DNA of 63,791 nucleotides, the filler included. It is 4 parts of 4 records of this genome, joined end to end, with 100 filler letters (N's around TTAATTAATTAA, not from the genome) between each part and the next. Parts side by side here need not be neighbours in the genome. Positions count along the whole stretch, not along the records: positions 19,474 to 36,531 come from SRR31147125_12198; positions 36,632 to 58,113 come from SRR31147125_12205; 2 more parts are not named here. The stretch is one strand, 5' to 3'. Positions 29,934 to 40,362 of this stretch are shown one piece after another (the first letter of the stretch is position 1; the number at the start of each line of letters is the position of its first letter). The position numbers and the translations under genes were made by a program. The notes beneath the pieces were generated by a model that saw only the letters and a program-made list of their open reading frames with translations, ran no database searches and was not told the origin of the DNA.

Positions 29934-30572
29934 ATGAAAAAACGATCTCAGAGAGCGTTGTTTGAAACATCGGAGCCAGAAAGAGATCTGTTTGAGAAAA
30001 GGTTGTTTGAAAAGGGTGTTAAGTATGTTGCTGGAGTTGATGAAGTGGGGCGAGGTTGCATTGCTGGCCCGGTACTCGCTGCAGCGGTTATACTTCCGTT
30101 CCCTTGTGATATTGAAGGTTTAAAAGATTCAAAAAAGTTAAGCCCAAAAAAGAGAGAAATTTTAGAGAGAGTCGTTTTAGAAAAGGCTCTCTCTTTTTCG
30201 TTTGGCCTAGTCGATTCCAAAGAGATTGATGAGATAAATATTCTTAATGCCACTTTAAAGGCTATGGAGATGGCGGTAGAATCTTTAAGTATCAAACCGG
30301 ACTATATCTTGATTGATGGTAATCAGCCGATCAAGACCAAAATACCCCAGATAACTATACCTAAAGGTGATGATAGAAGTATCACCGTTGCGGCGGCCTC
30401 AATTTTGGCAAAGGTTAAGCGCGATTCAATGATGGCTGAATTCGAAGAACACTACCCTTGTTTTAGCTTAGGTACTCATAAGGGTTATGGTACCGCAGCT
30501 CACTACAAAGAGCTTGAAAAGAATGGCCCTACCCCAATTCATAGGTTGAGTTTTAAGGGAGTAAAATCGTAA
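29934..30572 (+). CDS. rnhB: Ribonuclease HII
   Basis: GVDEVGRG, DSKKL, AASILAKV, HKGYGT. Confidence 0.97.
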   Translation: MKKRSQRALFETSEPERDLFEKRLFEKGVKYVAGVDEVGRGCIAGPVLAAAVILPFPCDIEGLKDSKKLSPKKREILERVVLEKALSFSFGLVDSKEIDEINILNATLKAMEMAVESLSIKPDYILIDGNQPIKTKIPQITIPKGDDRSITVAAASILAKVKRDSMMAEFEEHYPCFSLGTHKGYGTAAHYKELEKNGPTPIHRLSFKGVKS

Positions 30573-30696
30573 TTCGTGAGTCATAAATCGTAAATGTATC
30601 TCTCCGCTTTGTTTAACAATATCCCATTTCTGCTGAAATTAGTTCTTGTCTCATAACGTTATTTCTAATAGGTATGAATTCAAACGGAGACTAATT

Positions 30697-31974
30697 ATGG
30701 ACAGATTGATCGGTATTTTGGGGTTTATAGTTCTTATCGGTATAATAGTTCTTCTATCTAATAATAAACGAAAAATAAGGGTTAGAACGGTCATAGCTGG
30801 GATTTCAATTCAGCTTGTTTTGGGCCTTCTTTTGCTTAAGTGGCCAACAGGGACCAAGGCTATTGAGTTTATAGCAGATAAGGTTACAGTCTTTCTTCAG
30901 TTGGCAGATCATGGATCAATCTTTTTATTTGGGAATTTAGTGAAACCTGAATATATGGACACATTCGGATTTCAGTTTGCATTCAAAGTTCTTCCAGTAA
31001 TAATCTTTTTTTCAGCTTTCATGTCAATGCTCTACTATCTTGGTGTTATGCAAAAGATTGTGCAGGTGTTTGCCTGGATAATGAGTAAATTAATGAAAAC
31101 ATCAGGAGCAGAATCTCTTTCTTGCTCTGCTAATGCTTTTGTCGGAATGACTGAAGCTCCTCTTATGATTAGACCTTTTCTAAATCATATGACAATGTCT
31201 GAGCTTTGCACAATTATGGTTGGTGGTTTTGCCACAATTGCAGGTTCTGTAATGGCTGGTTATATCATGATGGGGATTCCTGCAGTACATATTCTTATTG
31301 CTTCAACTATGTCTGTCCCAGCAGCTTTAATGATTGGGAAGATTTTGTATCCAGAAGTTGAAGAGTCGGAAACGATGGGTAGTGTCAAAGCTCCAAAGGT
31401 TAAATCTGGGACAAATGTTCTTGATGCAATTGCGAAGGGAACATCGGACGGTCTTAAGCTAGCCCTCAATGTGGGAGCTATGTTGATTGCCTTTATAGCT
31501 CTTGTTGCATTTGTTAATTTAGTTTTGGGATACCTTGATAAATTGATTGATGGGACTATCCTTGGTGGTAAGCTGATGGCGAATGGTCAGTATTCAGGCT
31601 TTTTCCCGGGTAGCTTGAGTGTTATTTTTGGAACTGTTTTTGCGCCTTTGGCTTATCTGATGGGTGTTCCGGTTGTTGATGTTAAAGAGGTTGGAAATTT
31701 ATTAGGATTAAAGATTGCAGTAAATGAATTTGTAGCTTATTCAGAATTAGCAGGTTTGATAAAGAATGGTGCACTGACTCACAAGGCTCAAGTGATGGCA
31801 ACATATATGCTTTGTGGTTTTGCCAATTTTGCATCAATTGGAATTCAGATTGGTGGAATTTCGGCTCTGGCGCCGGATAGAAGATCTGATCTTGCTAAAC
31901 TTGCATTGAAAGCCATGATTGGTGGAGCCGTTGCAAGTATGTTAACAGCGACTATTGCAGGAATCTTTTTGTGA
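30697..31974 (+). CDS. nupC: NupC/NupG-family (CNT) nucleoside transporter
   Basis: GMTEAPL, GFATIAGSV, NEFVAY, CGFANF. Confidence 0.93.
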   Translation: MDRLIGILGFIVLIGIIVLLSNNKRKIRVRTVIAGISIQLVLGLLLLKWPTGTKAIEFIADKVTVFLQLADHGSIFLFGNLVKPEYMDTFGFQFAFKVLPVIIFFSAFMSMLYYLGVMQKIVQVFAWIMSKLMKTSGAESLSCSANAFVGMTEAPLMIRPFLNHMTMSELCTIMVGGFATIAGSVMAGYIMMGIPAVHILIASTMSVPAALMIGKILYPEVEESETMGSVKAPKVKSGTNVLDAIAKGTSDGLKLALNVGAMLIAFIALVAFVNLVLGYLDKLIDGTILGGKLMANGQYSGFFPGSLSVIFGTVFAPLAYLMGVPVVDVKEVGNLLGLKIAVNEFVAYSELAGLIKNGALTHKAQVMATYMLCGFANFASIGIQIGGISALAPDRRSDLAKLALKAMIGGAVASMLTATIAGIFL

Positions 31975-32015
31975 AATTAAGCTTTGAACATAATGAAAGT
32001 AAGGGGAGGGAAGAA

Positions 32016-32645
32016 ATGTTTAATCAGGGTAGACATTCAGGATGGGTTGAAGTTGTATGTGGGCCAATGTTTTCAGGTAAAACTGAAGAGTTAATAAGAA
32101 GACTTCGTTTGGCAGTTATTGCTAGACAGAGAATTCAAATATTTAAACATTCTATAGATAATAGATACGAAGATACTTTTATAACTTCACATTCTTCGCA
32201 AAAATTTCAGGCAATCCCGGTTAGTAGCTCAGAAGATATAATGAAAAAAATTGATGATACTACAAGGATAGTTGGAATTGACGAAGTCCAGTTTTTTGAC
32301 AAAGATGTAGTTGAAGTTTGTAATAAGCTGGCAAATAGGGGGATGAGGGTTATAGCTGCTGGTCTTGATCAAGATTATCAGGGTAATCCTTTTGGGCCAA
32401 TGCCTGAGCTTTTAGCAACAGCTGAATCGATACTTAAGCTTAGAGCTGTTTGCATGCAGTGTTCTGGAGAAGCTACAAAAACACAACGTTTAACAACTGA
32501 CGAAGAGCAGGTTATTGTTGGCTCTGGTGAGCAATATGAAGCCAGATGTAGAGCCTGTTTTGATCCAGATCTAACACTACAAATGCCGCTTCCAATGAAA
32601 CCAGTTTCCAAGTGGGCAGAAGAGGAAAAGAACCCAAATAATTAG
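32016..32645 (+). CDS. tdk: Thymidine kinase
   Basis: GPMFSGKTEEL, IDEVQF, Zn-lasso cysteines. Confidence 0.96.
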   Translation: MFNQGRHSGWVEVVCGPMFSGKTEELIRRLRLAVIARQRIQIFKHSIDNRYEDTFITSHSSQKFQAIPVSSSEDIMKKIDDTTRIVGIDEVQFFDKDVVEVCNKLANRGMRVIAAGLDQDYQGNPFGPMPELLATAESILKLRAVCMQCSGEATKTQRLTTDEEQVIVGSGEQYEARCRACFDPDLTLQMPLPMKPVSKWAEEEKNPNN

Positions 32646-32672
32646 TGATTAATAAAAATTTGATAGAAAAAG

Positions 32673-32700
32673 AAAAGCCCTACAGAAGTAGGGCTTTTTT
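32673..32700 (+). terminator. Intrinsic (probably bidirectional) terminator
   Basis: AAAAGCCCTAC-AGAA-GTAGGGCTTTTTT. Confidence 0.85.
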
Positions 32701-32736
32701 ATTTCATTTTTTTTGTCATCCTGGCTCTCAGGCTGG

Positions 32737-32903
32737 GCCTAACGCTGTGTTTATTATTTTTTTGTGGCGAAGTATAAGAGCTTACACTGAGTTAAATTTC
32801 TAACACTGTATCGATTATAGCTTCTTTTTGGTGCAGTATAATAGAACAATTTCTAACACTATGACTATTATATTTTTTTGGTGTAGTATAAGAGATTGTA
32901 AGC
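32737..32903. repeat. Three degenerate ~55-bp tandem repeats
   Basis: Units CTAAC(A/G)CT...ATTAT...T-run-GG(T/C)GnAGTATAA at about 32737, 32797 and 32850. Confidence 0.6.
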
Positions 32904-32944
32904 ATTCACTGCCAAACTTCATTTGTCAATGAATACAACAATCT

Positions 32945-33511
32945 CTAAAAGTGATAACCCACATTTCCTGTCAGAGTTACAGGAAATAGAGCTTTTCCGT
33001 TGTTGGGGCCTTTTGATCCGTCGATTAGTGCTATACTTCTGAATGATGCTGTAAGTCCCATAGACCAACGATCGGTAAAATAGTAATCACAACCGAGTCC
33101 AGTGTTTGCACCGATACCAAAGGCGGGGGTCCCATTGCTTATGGTACCTTCTGAAATTGCATAGAAACCGACACCAAGCATGAGGTATGGGTCCCATCTT
33201 GAAACACTGGAGATTAAGTAATATTTGATATCAAAAGTAGGTATTCCGAGAAATTCAATTCCTTTATCGCCTCTGTTTGGGCCTTTTCCATCTTCAGTTG
33301 TTACAATTAAACTGACTTGAGTAGAAAGTTGGGGGCTCCAACGATAATCGAAGAATAGATAACCGCCAACACCAGGATCGAGCTCTGGGTTAGTGTCTAC
33401 AGCGAATATGTTTCCAACTGGGCCTAAGCCAAATGTGTAGTATTGAGCATGTGCTTCTGAATATATTAGTGAGAGGCTAAATATAATAGCGATAAGTAAG
33501 AATTTTTTCAT
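32945..33511 (-). CDS. Outer-membrane beta-barrel protein
   Basis: Signal peptide, alternating beta-strand pattern, C-terminal GYHF. Confidence 0.8.
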   Translation of the reverse strand: MKKFLLIAIIFSLSLIYSEAHAQYYTFGLGPVGNIFAVDTNPELDPGVGGYLFFDYRWSPQLSTQVSLIVTTEDGKGPNRGDKGIEFLGIPTFDIKYYLISSVSRWDPYLMLGVGFYAISEGTISNGTPAFGIGANTGLGCDYYFTDRWSMGLTASFRSIALIDGSKGPNNGKALFPVTLTGNVGYHF

Positions 33512-33544
33512 TTAACGCTCCGTTTCTTGATTATTTTGAATGAC

Positions 33545-34156
33545 TTACATTATTACCACATGTCGGCCACGAATTTCAAGTCGACCTTTTGCAAAAAGTT
33601 GAATGGCTTCGGAGTAGATTCTATGCTCCTCTTTGAGGGTTCTCTCAGCCAAGCTCTCTTCGGTATCGCCATCTAGGACTGGGACGGTTGCCTGAATTAT
33701 GATTGGGCCTGTATCTGTGCCCTCATCGACAAAATGAACTGTACAGCCAGAGACCTTTACTCCATATTCAAGGGCTTGTTTTGGGCCGTGTAAACCTGGA
33801 AAAGAGGGCAAAAGGGCAGGGTGGATATTTATCAATTTTCTTGAATATTTTCTTACAAATTTTGGAGAAAGTATCCTCATATAGCCGGCAAGACAGACTA
33901 GATCAAGGTTGTTCTCATCTAACGAGGCTGTGATGGCGTCTTCAAAATCTTCTTTGGATGCAAACTCTCTTCTTTGATGGATTTTAGTAGGGATACCTGC
34001 TTTTTTGGCACGCTCAAGTGCAAAGGTATCTTTTTTATCACTAACTACAATTTTTACTTCAGCATCTATCTTTCCAGAAAGGGAATTATCAATAATAGCT
34101 TGAAGATTAGTGCCACCACCAGAGGCCAGAACACCAATTGCAATTTTTTTTGCCAT
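33545..34156 (-). CDS. purN: Phosphoribosylglycinamide formyltransferase
   Basis: SGGGTNLQA, NIHPALLP, GCTVHFV, DTGPII. Confidence 0.97.
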   Translation of the reverse strand: MAKKIAIGVLASGGGTNLQAIIDNSLSGKIDAEVKIVVSDKKDTFALERAKKAGIPTKIHQRREFASKEDFEDAITASLDENNLDLVCLAGYMRILSPKFVRKYSRKLINIHPALLPSFPGLHGPKQALEYGVKVSGCTVHFVDEGTDTGPIIIQATVPVLDGDTEESLAERTLKEEHRIYSEAIQLFAKGRLEIRGRHVVIM

Positions 34157-35193
34157 TATTTCTCCATTAGAAAATGAGGATCGTCTTCCGTTCTTTCGAC
34201 AATTTCTCCCAAAATATGTGCGGTTTCGTCAAAAGAACGAATTCTTTGACAGATATCAACCGACTGATCAGAAGGAACTATTATAACCATTCCGATTCCA
34301 AGGTTGAAGACTCTAAGCATCTCATCATCGGTTACGTTGCCTTTCTCTTGTAGAAACTTAAATATTTCAGGAATTTCCCATGAATTTGGCGATAGTTTTG
34401 CTTGGCAGCTTTTTGGGAGAACTCTTGGAATATTTTCAATTAAGCCGCCACCTGTGATGTGGGCAATCCCGTTTATGTTGAAATCTCTTAAGAGGTTTTG
34501 GATTATTGGTGAATATATTTTTGTAGGTTCGAGGAGGGCTTCACCCAAAGACTTTTCGCTTTTGTGAAATTCATCTTTCATATTCAGACCAGCTTTGTCG
34601 CATATCTTTCTGACCAAGGAATAGCCATTACTGTGAATTCCGCTGCTGGAGATACCTATGATTGAATTCCCAATTGATATACTTGAACCATCTACAATTT
34701 TGCTTTTATCAACTATCCCTACAACAAATCCTGCCAAATCAAAGTCGTCTTTTTGATAGATTCCTGGGAGTTCGGCTGTTTCACCGCCTATAAGAGCGCA
34801 TTCTGATATTTTACAGCCCTTTGCGACACCCTTAACTATTTCGCTATGTTTTTCTGGATTTAGCTTTTCCACCGCAAAATAGTCGAGAAAGAATAGAGGC
34901 TTAGCACCGCTGCAGATGACGTCGTTTACGCTCATTGCAACCAAATCAAGCCCTATTGTGTCATATTTATCAAGTTCTAGAGCGATCTTCAGCTTGGTTC
35001 CGACCCCATCAGTTGACGATACCAAGACTGGCTCTTTCATCCCATCTAGATGGAGCGCATAGTGGGCAGCAAAACCTCCTACTCCAGCCAAAACCTCGGA
35101 TTTATAGGTGTCTTTTACGTCTGCTGAGATCTTTTTGATGAATTCGTTTCCAGCGTCTATGTTGACGCCTGCTTCTTTATAGGTAGTATTCAT
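34156..35193 (-). CDS. purM: AIR synthase
   Basis: YKEAGV, DGVGTK, GGETAE, HSNGYS, HITGGG. Confidence 0.97.
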   Translation of the reverse strand: MNTTYKEAGVNIDAGNEFIKKISADVKDTYKSEVLAGVGGFAAHYALHLDGMKEPVLVSSTDGVGTKLKIALELDKYDTIGLDLVAMSVNDVICSGAKPLFFLDYFAVEKLNPEKHSEIVKGVAKGCKISECALIGGETAELPGIYQKDDFDLAGFVVGIVDKSKIVDGSSISIGNSIIGISSSGIHSNGYSLVRKICDKAGLNMKDEFHKSEKSLGEALLEPTKIYSPIIQNLLRDFNINGIAHITGGGLIENIPRVLPKSCQAKLSPNSWEIPEIFKFLQEKGNVTDDEMLRVFNLGIGMVIIVPSDQSVDICQRIRSFDETAHILGEIVERTEDDPHFLMEK

Positions 35194-35246
35194 GCTTGAG
35201 GCGGATAGCACAATTATGTAGGCAGTTCAAACACTAAATCAAATTG

Positions 35247-35549
35247 TTAAATTGAGTTTTCATCGCTCTCTGGGACGCTTACGGCCTCAATCCATCGTTC
35301 CAAAAGGATTCTTACGCGTTCAGGGATATTAAAGGGCATTTCATTGGACTGAATGATCTCTTCAAATAGTGTTAGGGCCATTTGAACCTCTTCAACTGAA
35401 AGGGGCTTTTCACCGGCCTCTGCCAGTTCGTCCCGGTATTTTAATGTCTCATTGATAAACATTGAGAAGAATTCTTTGGCTTCTTCAGGGACGGAATCAA
35501 AGTGTTTACTGACATCTTCAAACAGTTTTTCGATCTCTTTATCGTGCAT
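35247..35549 (-). CDS. Hypothetical protein
   Basis: 100-aa acidic helical ORF upstream of purM. Confidence 0.6.
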   Translation of the reverse strand: MHDKEIEKLFEDVSKHFDSVPEEAKEFFSMFINETLKYRDELAEAGEKPLSVEEVQMALTLFEEIIQSNEMPFNIPERVRILLERWIEAVSVPESDENSI

Positions 35550-35617
35550 ATATAATATTTTATGTGAATTGAACTAATATGACAAGAAATAATCGGGGGA
35601 TAAGAAGATTTGACCGA

Positions 35618-35645
35618 TTGACAAAATTTGAAAAAAGCATAGAAT
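35618..35645 (+). promoter_or_regulatory. Putative sigma70 promoter
   Basis: TTGACA-16 nt-TAGAAT upstream of 35685. Confidence 0.5.
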
Positions 35646-35684
35646 TCTGGAATTCAAATATCAAATTATCCGGAAGGGGGATTT

Positions 35685-36440
35685 ATGAAAATGTTTAGTA
35701 GAGTATTAATTCCTGTCTTTGTAATTGTTTGTCTTTTAAGCGTTTCTGACACTTTTGCAAGACGAAAGAAATCAAAACCTGCAGGACCTGTTGTCGCAAA
35801 ATCTGTAGCTTTGGGTCCAGTTGAAGTTATGAGTTCAAGTGGTTCTGCGCAAAGTGTCGAAGAGACAATTCAGATTTTGATTAAAAAGCGATTAGAAAAG
35901 ATTGGGAAGGGACGATACAATGTTTCACTTGTTGATCCAAGGACAGGTCCAAAGGGAAGCAGTATGATGGGAACATCAGATGTTCCTCAAATGCCAAATA
36001 TTAAAGGTGCGCCAAGTCAAGCAGATATGGCAAAGATGATGGCTGCAATGCAAGAATATAAGAAACAAGCAGCTAAAGGTCCTCAGAGACCACATAGTCC
36101 AGTAGCAGCGGATGCATATTTTGATTTTCAGATTGGTTCAAGTAAGAGTGGAGTTGATACAGGTGGACTAGCTGGAACTATCGGTAGCTTTACGGGCTTA
36201 GATACTTCTGCTGGTGATTTCTCGACTAAGACTCAAAAGGTTCTTTTAGTTTGCTCAATGCGAGATCCCCAATCAGGAAAGTTGTTAGACAGGTACTCAG
36301 CTAAGACCTCTACAATTAAGGTTAGAGATGTGGGCGGTTATACATCCTATGATTATGGGCGCGATTTTGCTGATCAAGAAAGACTGTTTAAAACAGCTGC
36401 AAGTAAATGCGCAAAATGGATAAGCAAAAAAGTTCCGTGA
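35685..36440 (+). CDS. Exported hypothetical protein
   Basis: N-terminal signal peptide, RBS, own terminator. Confidence 0.75.
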   Translation: MKMFSRVLIPVFVIVCLLSVSDTFARRKKSKPAGPVVAKSVALGPVEVMSSSGSAQSVEETIQILIKKRLEKIGKGRYNVSLVDPRTGPKGSSMMGTSDVPQMPNIKGAPSQADMAKMMAAMQEYKKQAAKGPQRPHSPVAADAYFDFQIGSSKSGVDTGGLAGTIGSFTGLDTSAGDFSTKTQKVLLVCSMRDPQSGKLLDRYSAKTSTIKVRDVGGYTSYDYGRDFADQERLFKTAASKCAKWISKKVP

Positions 36441-36459
36441 TTTTGTGATTTAGTTATTC

Positions 36460-36489
36460 AAAGGCCCGTACTAGTTGCGGGCCTTTTTT
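36460..36489 (+). terminator. Intrinsic terminator
   Basis: AAAGGCCCGTA-CTAGT-TGCGGGCCTTTTTT. Confidence 0.85.
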
Positions 36490-36505
36490 GTATTCTACAA
36501 GTGTT

Positions 36506-36531
36506 GTCATTGCGAGCGAAGCGCGGCAATC
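36506..36531. repeat. Start of a REP-like palindromic element at the contig end
   Basis: GTCATTGCGAGCGAAGCGCGGCAATC, a common dispersed palindromic repeat head; the contig breaks within it. Confidence 0.55.
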
Positions 36532-36631
36532 NNNNNNNNNNNNNNNNNNNNNNNNNNNNNNNNNNNNNNNNNNNNTTAATTAATTAANNNNNNNNNNNNN
36601 NNNNNNNNNNNNNNNNNNNNNNNNNNNNNNN
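36532..36631. other. Artificial contig spacer
   Basis: N-run with TTAATTAATTAA. Confidence 0.98.
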
Positions 36632-37256
36632 GGTTGGAGATATACCTGACCGGATCAATGGCTTCCACTGTGGGGCCGGCTGAAATCAGGACATTTTTCC
36701 CTTTTAAATCCTTGGCCTCCATCATGGCGCAGACCCGGTCAAAAATGAACCAGGGTTCGGGCAGGCGGCCTGTGCCCACGGTTTTGCAGGCCAGGACCCC
36801 GGAATCCGGATCAAGGATGTGGATCCCTGATGCTTCAAGGCTATCCAGATTTTCCTGAACCCTGATATTCTGATACATATGGGTATTCATGGAGGGACAG
36901 ATCATCACCGGGCAGGTCAAAGCCAGCATGGTGGTGGTCAGGGCATCATCCGCAATCCCATGGGCCAGTTTGCCGATACAATTTGCCGTGGCAGGCGCAA
37001 TGATTGCGACATCAGCCTTTTCGGCCACATCTATATGGGTGACCGAAGACTGGGTATCTTCCCAGAGATTCGACAATACCGGATTTTCCGACAACACCTC
37101 GAAAGTGATTTTGCCCACAAAACGGCCGGCAGCTTCGGTCATGGCCACGGTAACATTGGCACCGCCCTTCTTAAACAAGCGTAATAGTTCAACTGCCTTA
37201 TAGGCGGCTATCCCGCCGGTGACCCCTAAAAGAATCTCTTTGCCCCGGATATCCAT
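36632..37256 (-). CDS. coaBC: Phosphopantothenoylcysteine decarboxylase/ligase (3'-truncated)
   Basis: GVTGGIAAYK, APATAN, PSMN, SAGPT...IDPVRYISN. Confidence 0.95.
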
Positions 37257-37778
37257 CAGTACGTCAGATTCTCCGATTTTTTGTAGCATTCCCCCGCCAA
37301 GGGTCGGGGCCACGCCGATTTCCGCATAGGTATAAATCTGTTCGTCCCGAATGGTGATCACGGCACACCGTTCCGTCTTATGATAGACCATGATGGTGGT
37401 TTCAGGGGACTTGATCTTGGATATCACCTGCCAATTGTCTTTTTCCATATTAATACTGAAAAAATTATACAATGAGGTGGAATCCACCCTTCCCTTGAGG
37501 GTCAGAATACCGGATCTGAACCCGGGGGTGGAGACGATAACGGTTCTGTCTTTGACCACACTCATCTCCACGGGCACCAGAACATCTTCAAAATCATGGT
37601 AAACCGCCGTGGGCTTCTTATGTGTCTGGACCGAAGCCGGTTGTTCGACAGGAGTCGCAGGCTTGGCTTCCGCAGGTTTGGTATTCTGGGTGGTAAATAT
37701 ACACCCGGATATAAACAGGCCAGCAAAAATTGAAGTTAAAACAGCCAGGGCAGGTTTCAAACTATAAGGGGATCTCAT
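37256..37778 (-). CDS. Lipoprotein, hypothetical
   Basis: Lipobox ISGC. A shifted frame ends ...SENLTY* with TGATG overlap on the coaBC start. Confidence 0.7.
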
Positions 37779-37846
37779 TTTTCCTCCAGAAATATCAATT
37801 GGTACAACTGCCCCTTCTTCTAAAACGAAATCCCTAAAAAGTCAAT

Positions 37847-38361
37847 TCAGAGCTTATTTCCGGCTTTTTGGTTAAACACCTTTAATTTATTTTCAAAAAC
37901 CTGGCGCTGGCGGTCAAAAGCCTCTATTTCTCGATTCAGGGCATCAACTTTTGTTTGATACATGCGGCGTTCTTCTTTTGTTTTAGGGGTACGCCCTTCT
38001 TTGGCCAGGGTCTGTTTTTTTCAGAAAGGCGCTCATAAGCGGCTTCAAGCTCCCGCTTTTGGATATTCAACGCTTTAATTTCTGCTTGAGTTTGAAAAAG
38101 GGGGCGAATTCGGCCATCCTTAACCTGTTTTTTATCCGGTTTCGATATATCGCCAGGCGCAGGGCCGGCCTCATCGCTTTGGGCTTCCTTGTACAGACTG
38201 GTTTCCTTGCGCTGGGCCATGGGCACCTCGTTAAGGTTGTCAGTAAAGTGCAGGACCCCGTCTTTATCTTTATACTGGTAATAGTCACAAATACCGGGCA
38301 TACAAAAGATAAGATAAAGGCAGAATATACCGATAGTATTTTTAAATAGGCTTCCCATCAT
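37847..38361 (-). CDS. DUF4124-like exported protein with coiled-coil tail (frameshifted)
   Basis: YYQYKDKDGVLHFTD motif after a signal peptide. Confidence 0.7.
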
Positions 38362-38777
38362 AGGCGGTTCCTTGATTTTCTTTTTAACGGATATAAAACA
38401 TATGAAGACATTATATACATATGGTATCCGACAGGGAAGAGATTGTTTAAGTAAAAATGGCATACAAAATGCTTATAATCTGAAATAATAACTTTACCAA
38501 TGGATTGAATCCTGATTTTAAATATGGAATACATAAAAGCCAGACCTGATATAGAAGATGAATCTTAGTTTAAGACCAGGCAGATCTTGACACAGATATC
38601 ATCGTTAAAACAGGCTATTTTGATTAAATACCACCAACAGCCCAATATCATGGTTTTCAATTGCTGCAGGCCCATATTATTGATAGAATAAAATGATAAA
38701 TTCTAAAAAACAAACAGGAGTCAGGTTTTTGAAATCTTGGAACAAACAATACAAGGCGCAGAATCCAAAGGGCCCTG

Positions 38778-39315
38778 GTGAAATGTTTTTTACCAAATCC
38801 GCGTTTGCCCAGGGGCCTGAATGACCAATCCGGATTTACATTGATCGAGATGTTGGTGGTGGTGGCCATTGCCGCAGTACTCACGGCCTTTGCCCTTGGA
38901 GATCTTCAAAATTCCGTCCACCGGACAAAGACAAAAGCAGCCGTACGGCGACTTCGGGTGGACCTGCAGAAAGCCAAGCTTGAAGCGGTAAAACAAAATA
39001 CCAATTGCCTGGTCGAGTTTACAATTGCAGCGGGCACAGATGCAGGCTCCTGTGTTACATGCATCAGCACGGACAATGACTGTGCCGATCCCGGTGATGA
39101 AATCATCTCCCGCCTGAACTTTAACGACTATTCCAATGTTGTCCTCCAAAGTGCCAGTTTTACAGGTTCCCCCTATTTGTATTCAACTCCCGGGGATGCC
39201 CGAAACAACCGGCGGCGGATTTGCCGCAGGCCGTGCCGATATCGTCTGCACCAGCGACGCCGGATATTCATTCATCCTTTGGATGGCCAGGACCGGAAGG
39301 ATACGAATCGAATGA
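38778..39315 (+). CDS. fimU: Minor pilin FimU/GspH-like (indels near 39170-39195)
   Basis: G/FTLIEML prepilin motif; AKLEAVK; shifted-frame C-terminus FNSRGMP...RTGRIRIE*. Confidence 0.8.
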
Positions 39316-39944
39316 TAGGGTTTAACAAAAATGCAGTAAAACAATGCCGCTTAAAAAAATCAAATGGATTCACCATTATTGAACTGCTTGTGGCAGTCGC
39401 CCTTTCCAGCATTGTCCTGCTGGTTGTGATCAATTTTTTCATGTCCACCAATAAATTGAATACCATTCAGGAAAAGGTGGCAGGCACCCAGCAGAACATA
39501 CGGGCTGCCATGGAGATCATGAGCCGGGATATCCGGATGGCCGGCCTGGATCCCAGCGGGACTGCCCCTGACGAAGGATTCATAGACAACGGCACTGAAA
39601 TCACCGACACGGATACGGATTCCATTGCCCTGAGATACGACTTTGACGGGGACGGGGTCTGTGAAGTCACCAGAAGTTACTACTATGACAATGGGAATGG
39701 CAGATTTATGATTTGGGATGGGGCCACCTTCCAGCCCCTGACCGAAAATGGCACCATCAGTTCCATGAGTTTCAGCTATACCCTGGCCGACGGGTCAAAC
39801 GATCCTGACCCTTCGACAAATGGGAATCTGGGAAATATCCGGGTGGTCACCATTAATATCTGCGGCCAGATTACAGGGGGGTATGCGGCCGATTACCCCA
39901 CCACCCATTGTTTTACAAACATTGTCAGACCGAGGAATATGTAG
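39312..39944 (+). CDS. pilW: Minor pilin PilW-like
   Basis: G/FTIIELLVA; RDIRMAG. Confidence 0.85.
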   Translation: MIGFNKNAVKQCRLKKSNGFTIIELLVAVALSSIVLLVVINFFMSTNKLNTIQEKVAGTQQNIRAAMEIMSRDIRMAGLDPSGTAPDEGFIDNGTEITDTDTDSIALRYDFDGDGVCEVTRSYYYDNGNGRFMIWDGATFQPLTENGTISSMSFSYTLADGSNDPDPSTNGNLGNIRVVTINICGQITGGYAADYPTTHCFTNIVRPRNM

Positions 39945-39946
39945 AT

Positions 39947-40348
39947 ATGAGACAGGCACCCGAACCCTTCCCGTCCCTTGGCAGCCAATCCGGTTTTTCC
40001 ATGATTGAGGTGCTCATGGCCATGGCGGTCCTGGCCATAGGGCTTATGGCCGTCAACCTGATGCAGGCCCATTTTACAGACGGCAATTCCCAGTCCCGTC
40101 AGATGATCCGGGCCACGGACATCGCCATGAACCACATCGAAGCCCTCACAAATATAACAGATCTCAGTGATACCAGGTTGAACACCGGCACCCAGACCCT
40201 TACCATCAGTGGTTTTGACAGGGATTATATTCTGTCATGGAATGTAAATGACCCTGGTAACGGGACCCTGGACATCAATGTCACCGTGTCATGGCAGGCC
40301 AGCAATATGACCCGGTCCGTCAGCTTTCCCTGGGTGAAAAGCATATAA
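39947..40348 (+). CDS. pilV: Minor pilin PilV-like
   Basis: G/FSMIEVLMAM; VTVSW. Confidence 0.85.
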   Translation: MRQAPEPFPSLGSQSGFSMIEVLMAMAVLAIGLMAVNLMQAHFTDGNSQSRQMIRATDIAMNHIEALTNITDLSDTRLNTGTQTLTISGFDRDYILSWNVNDPGNGTLDINVTVSWQASNMTRSVSFPWVKSI

Positions 40349-40362
40349 AGGGGATATAATAT

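Noticed and set aside
32737-32903. CRISPR array or integron attC sites
   Set aside because: Repeats are degenerate with no repeat-spacer structure and no cas genes. CTAAC cores lack matching downstream GTTRRRY and palindromic arms.
36576-37778. Lipoprotein-CoaBC fusion (400-aa ORF)
   Set aside because: An alternative frame ends the lipoprotein with TGA overlapping the coaBC ATG; an exported domain fused to cytoplasmic CoaBC is implausible.
38778-39944. Double-pilin fusion (388-aa ORF)
   Set aside because: The true FimU C-terminus is in another frame and stops at ATGA on the pilW start; the linker is out-of-frame sequence.
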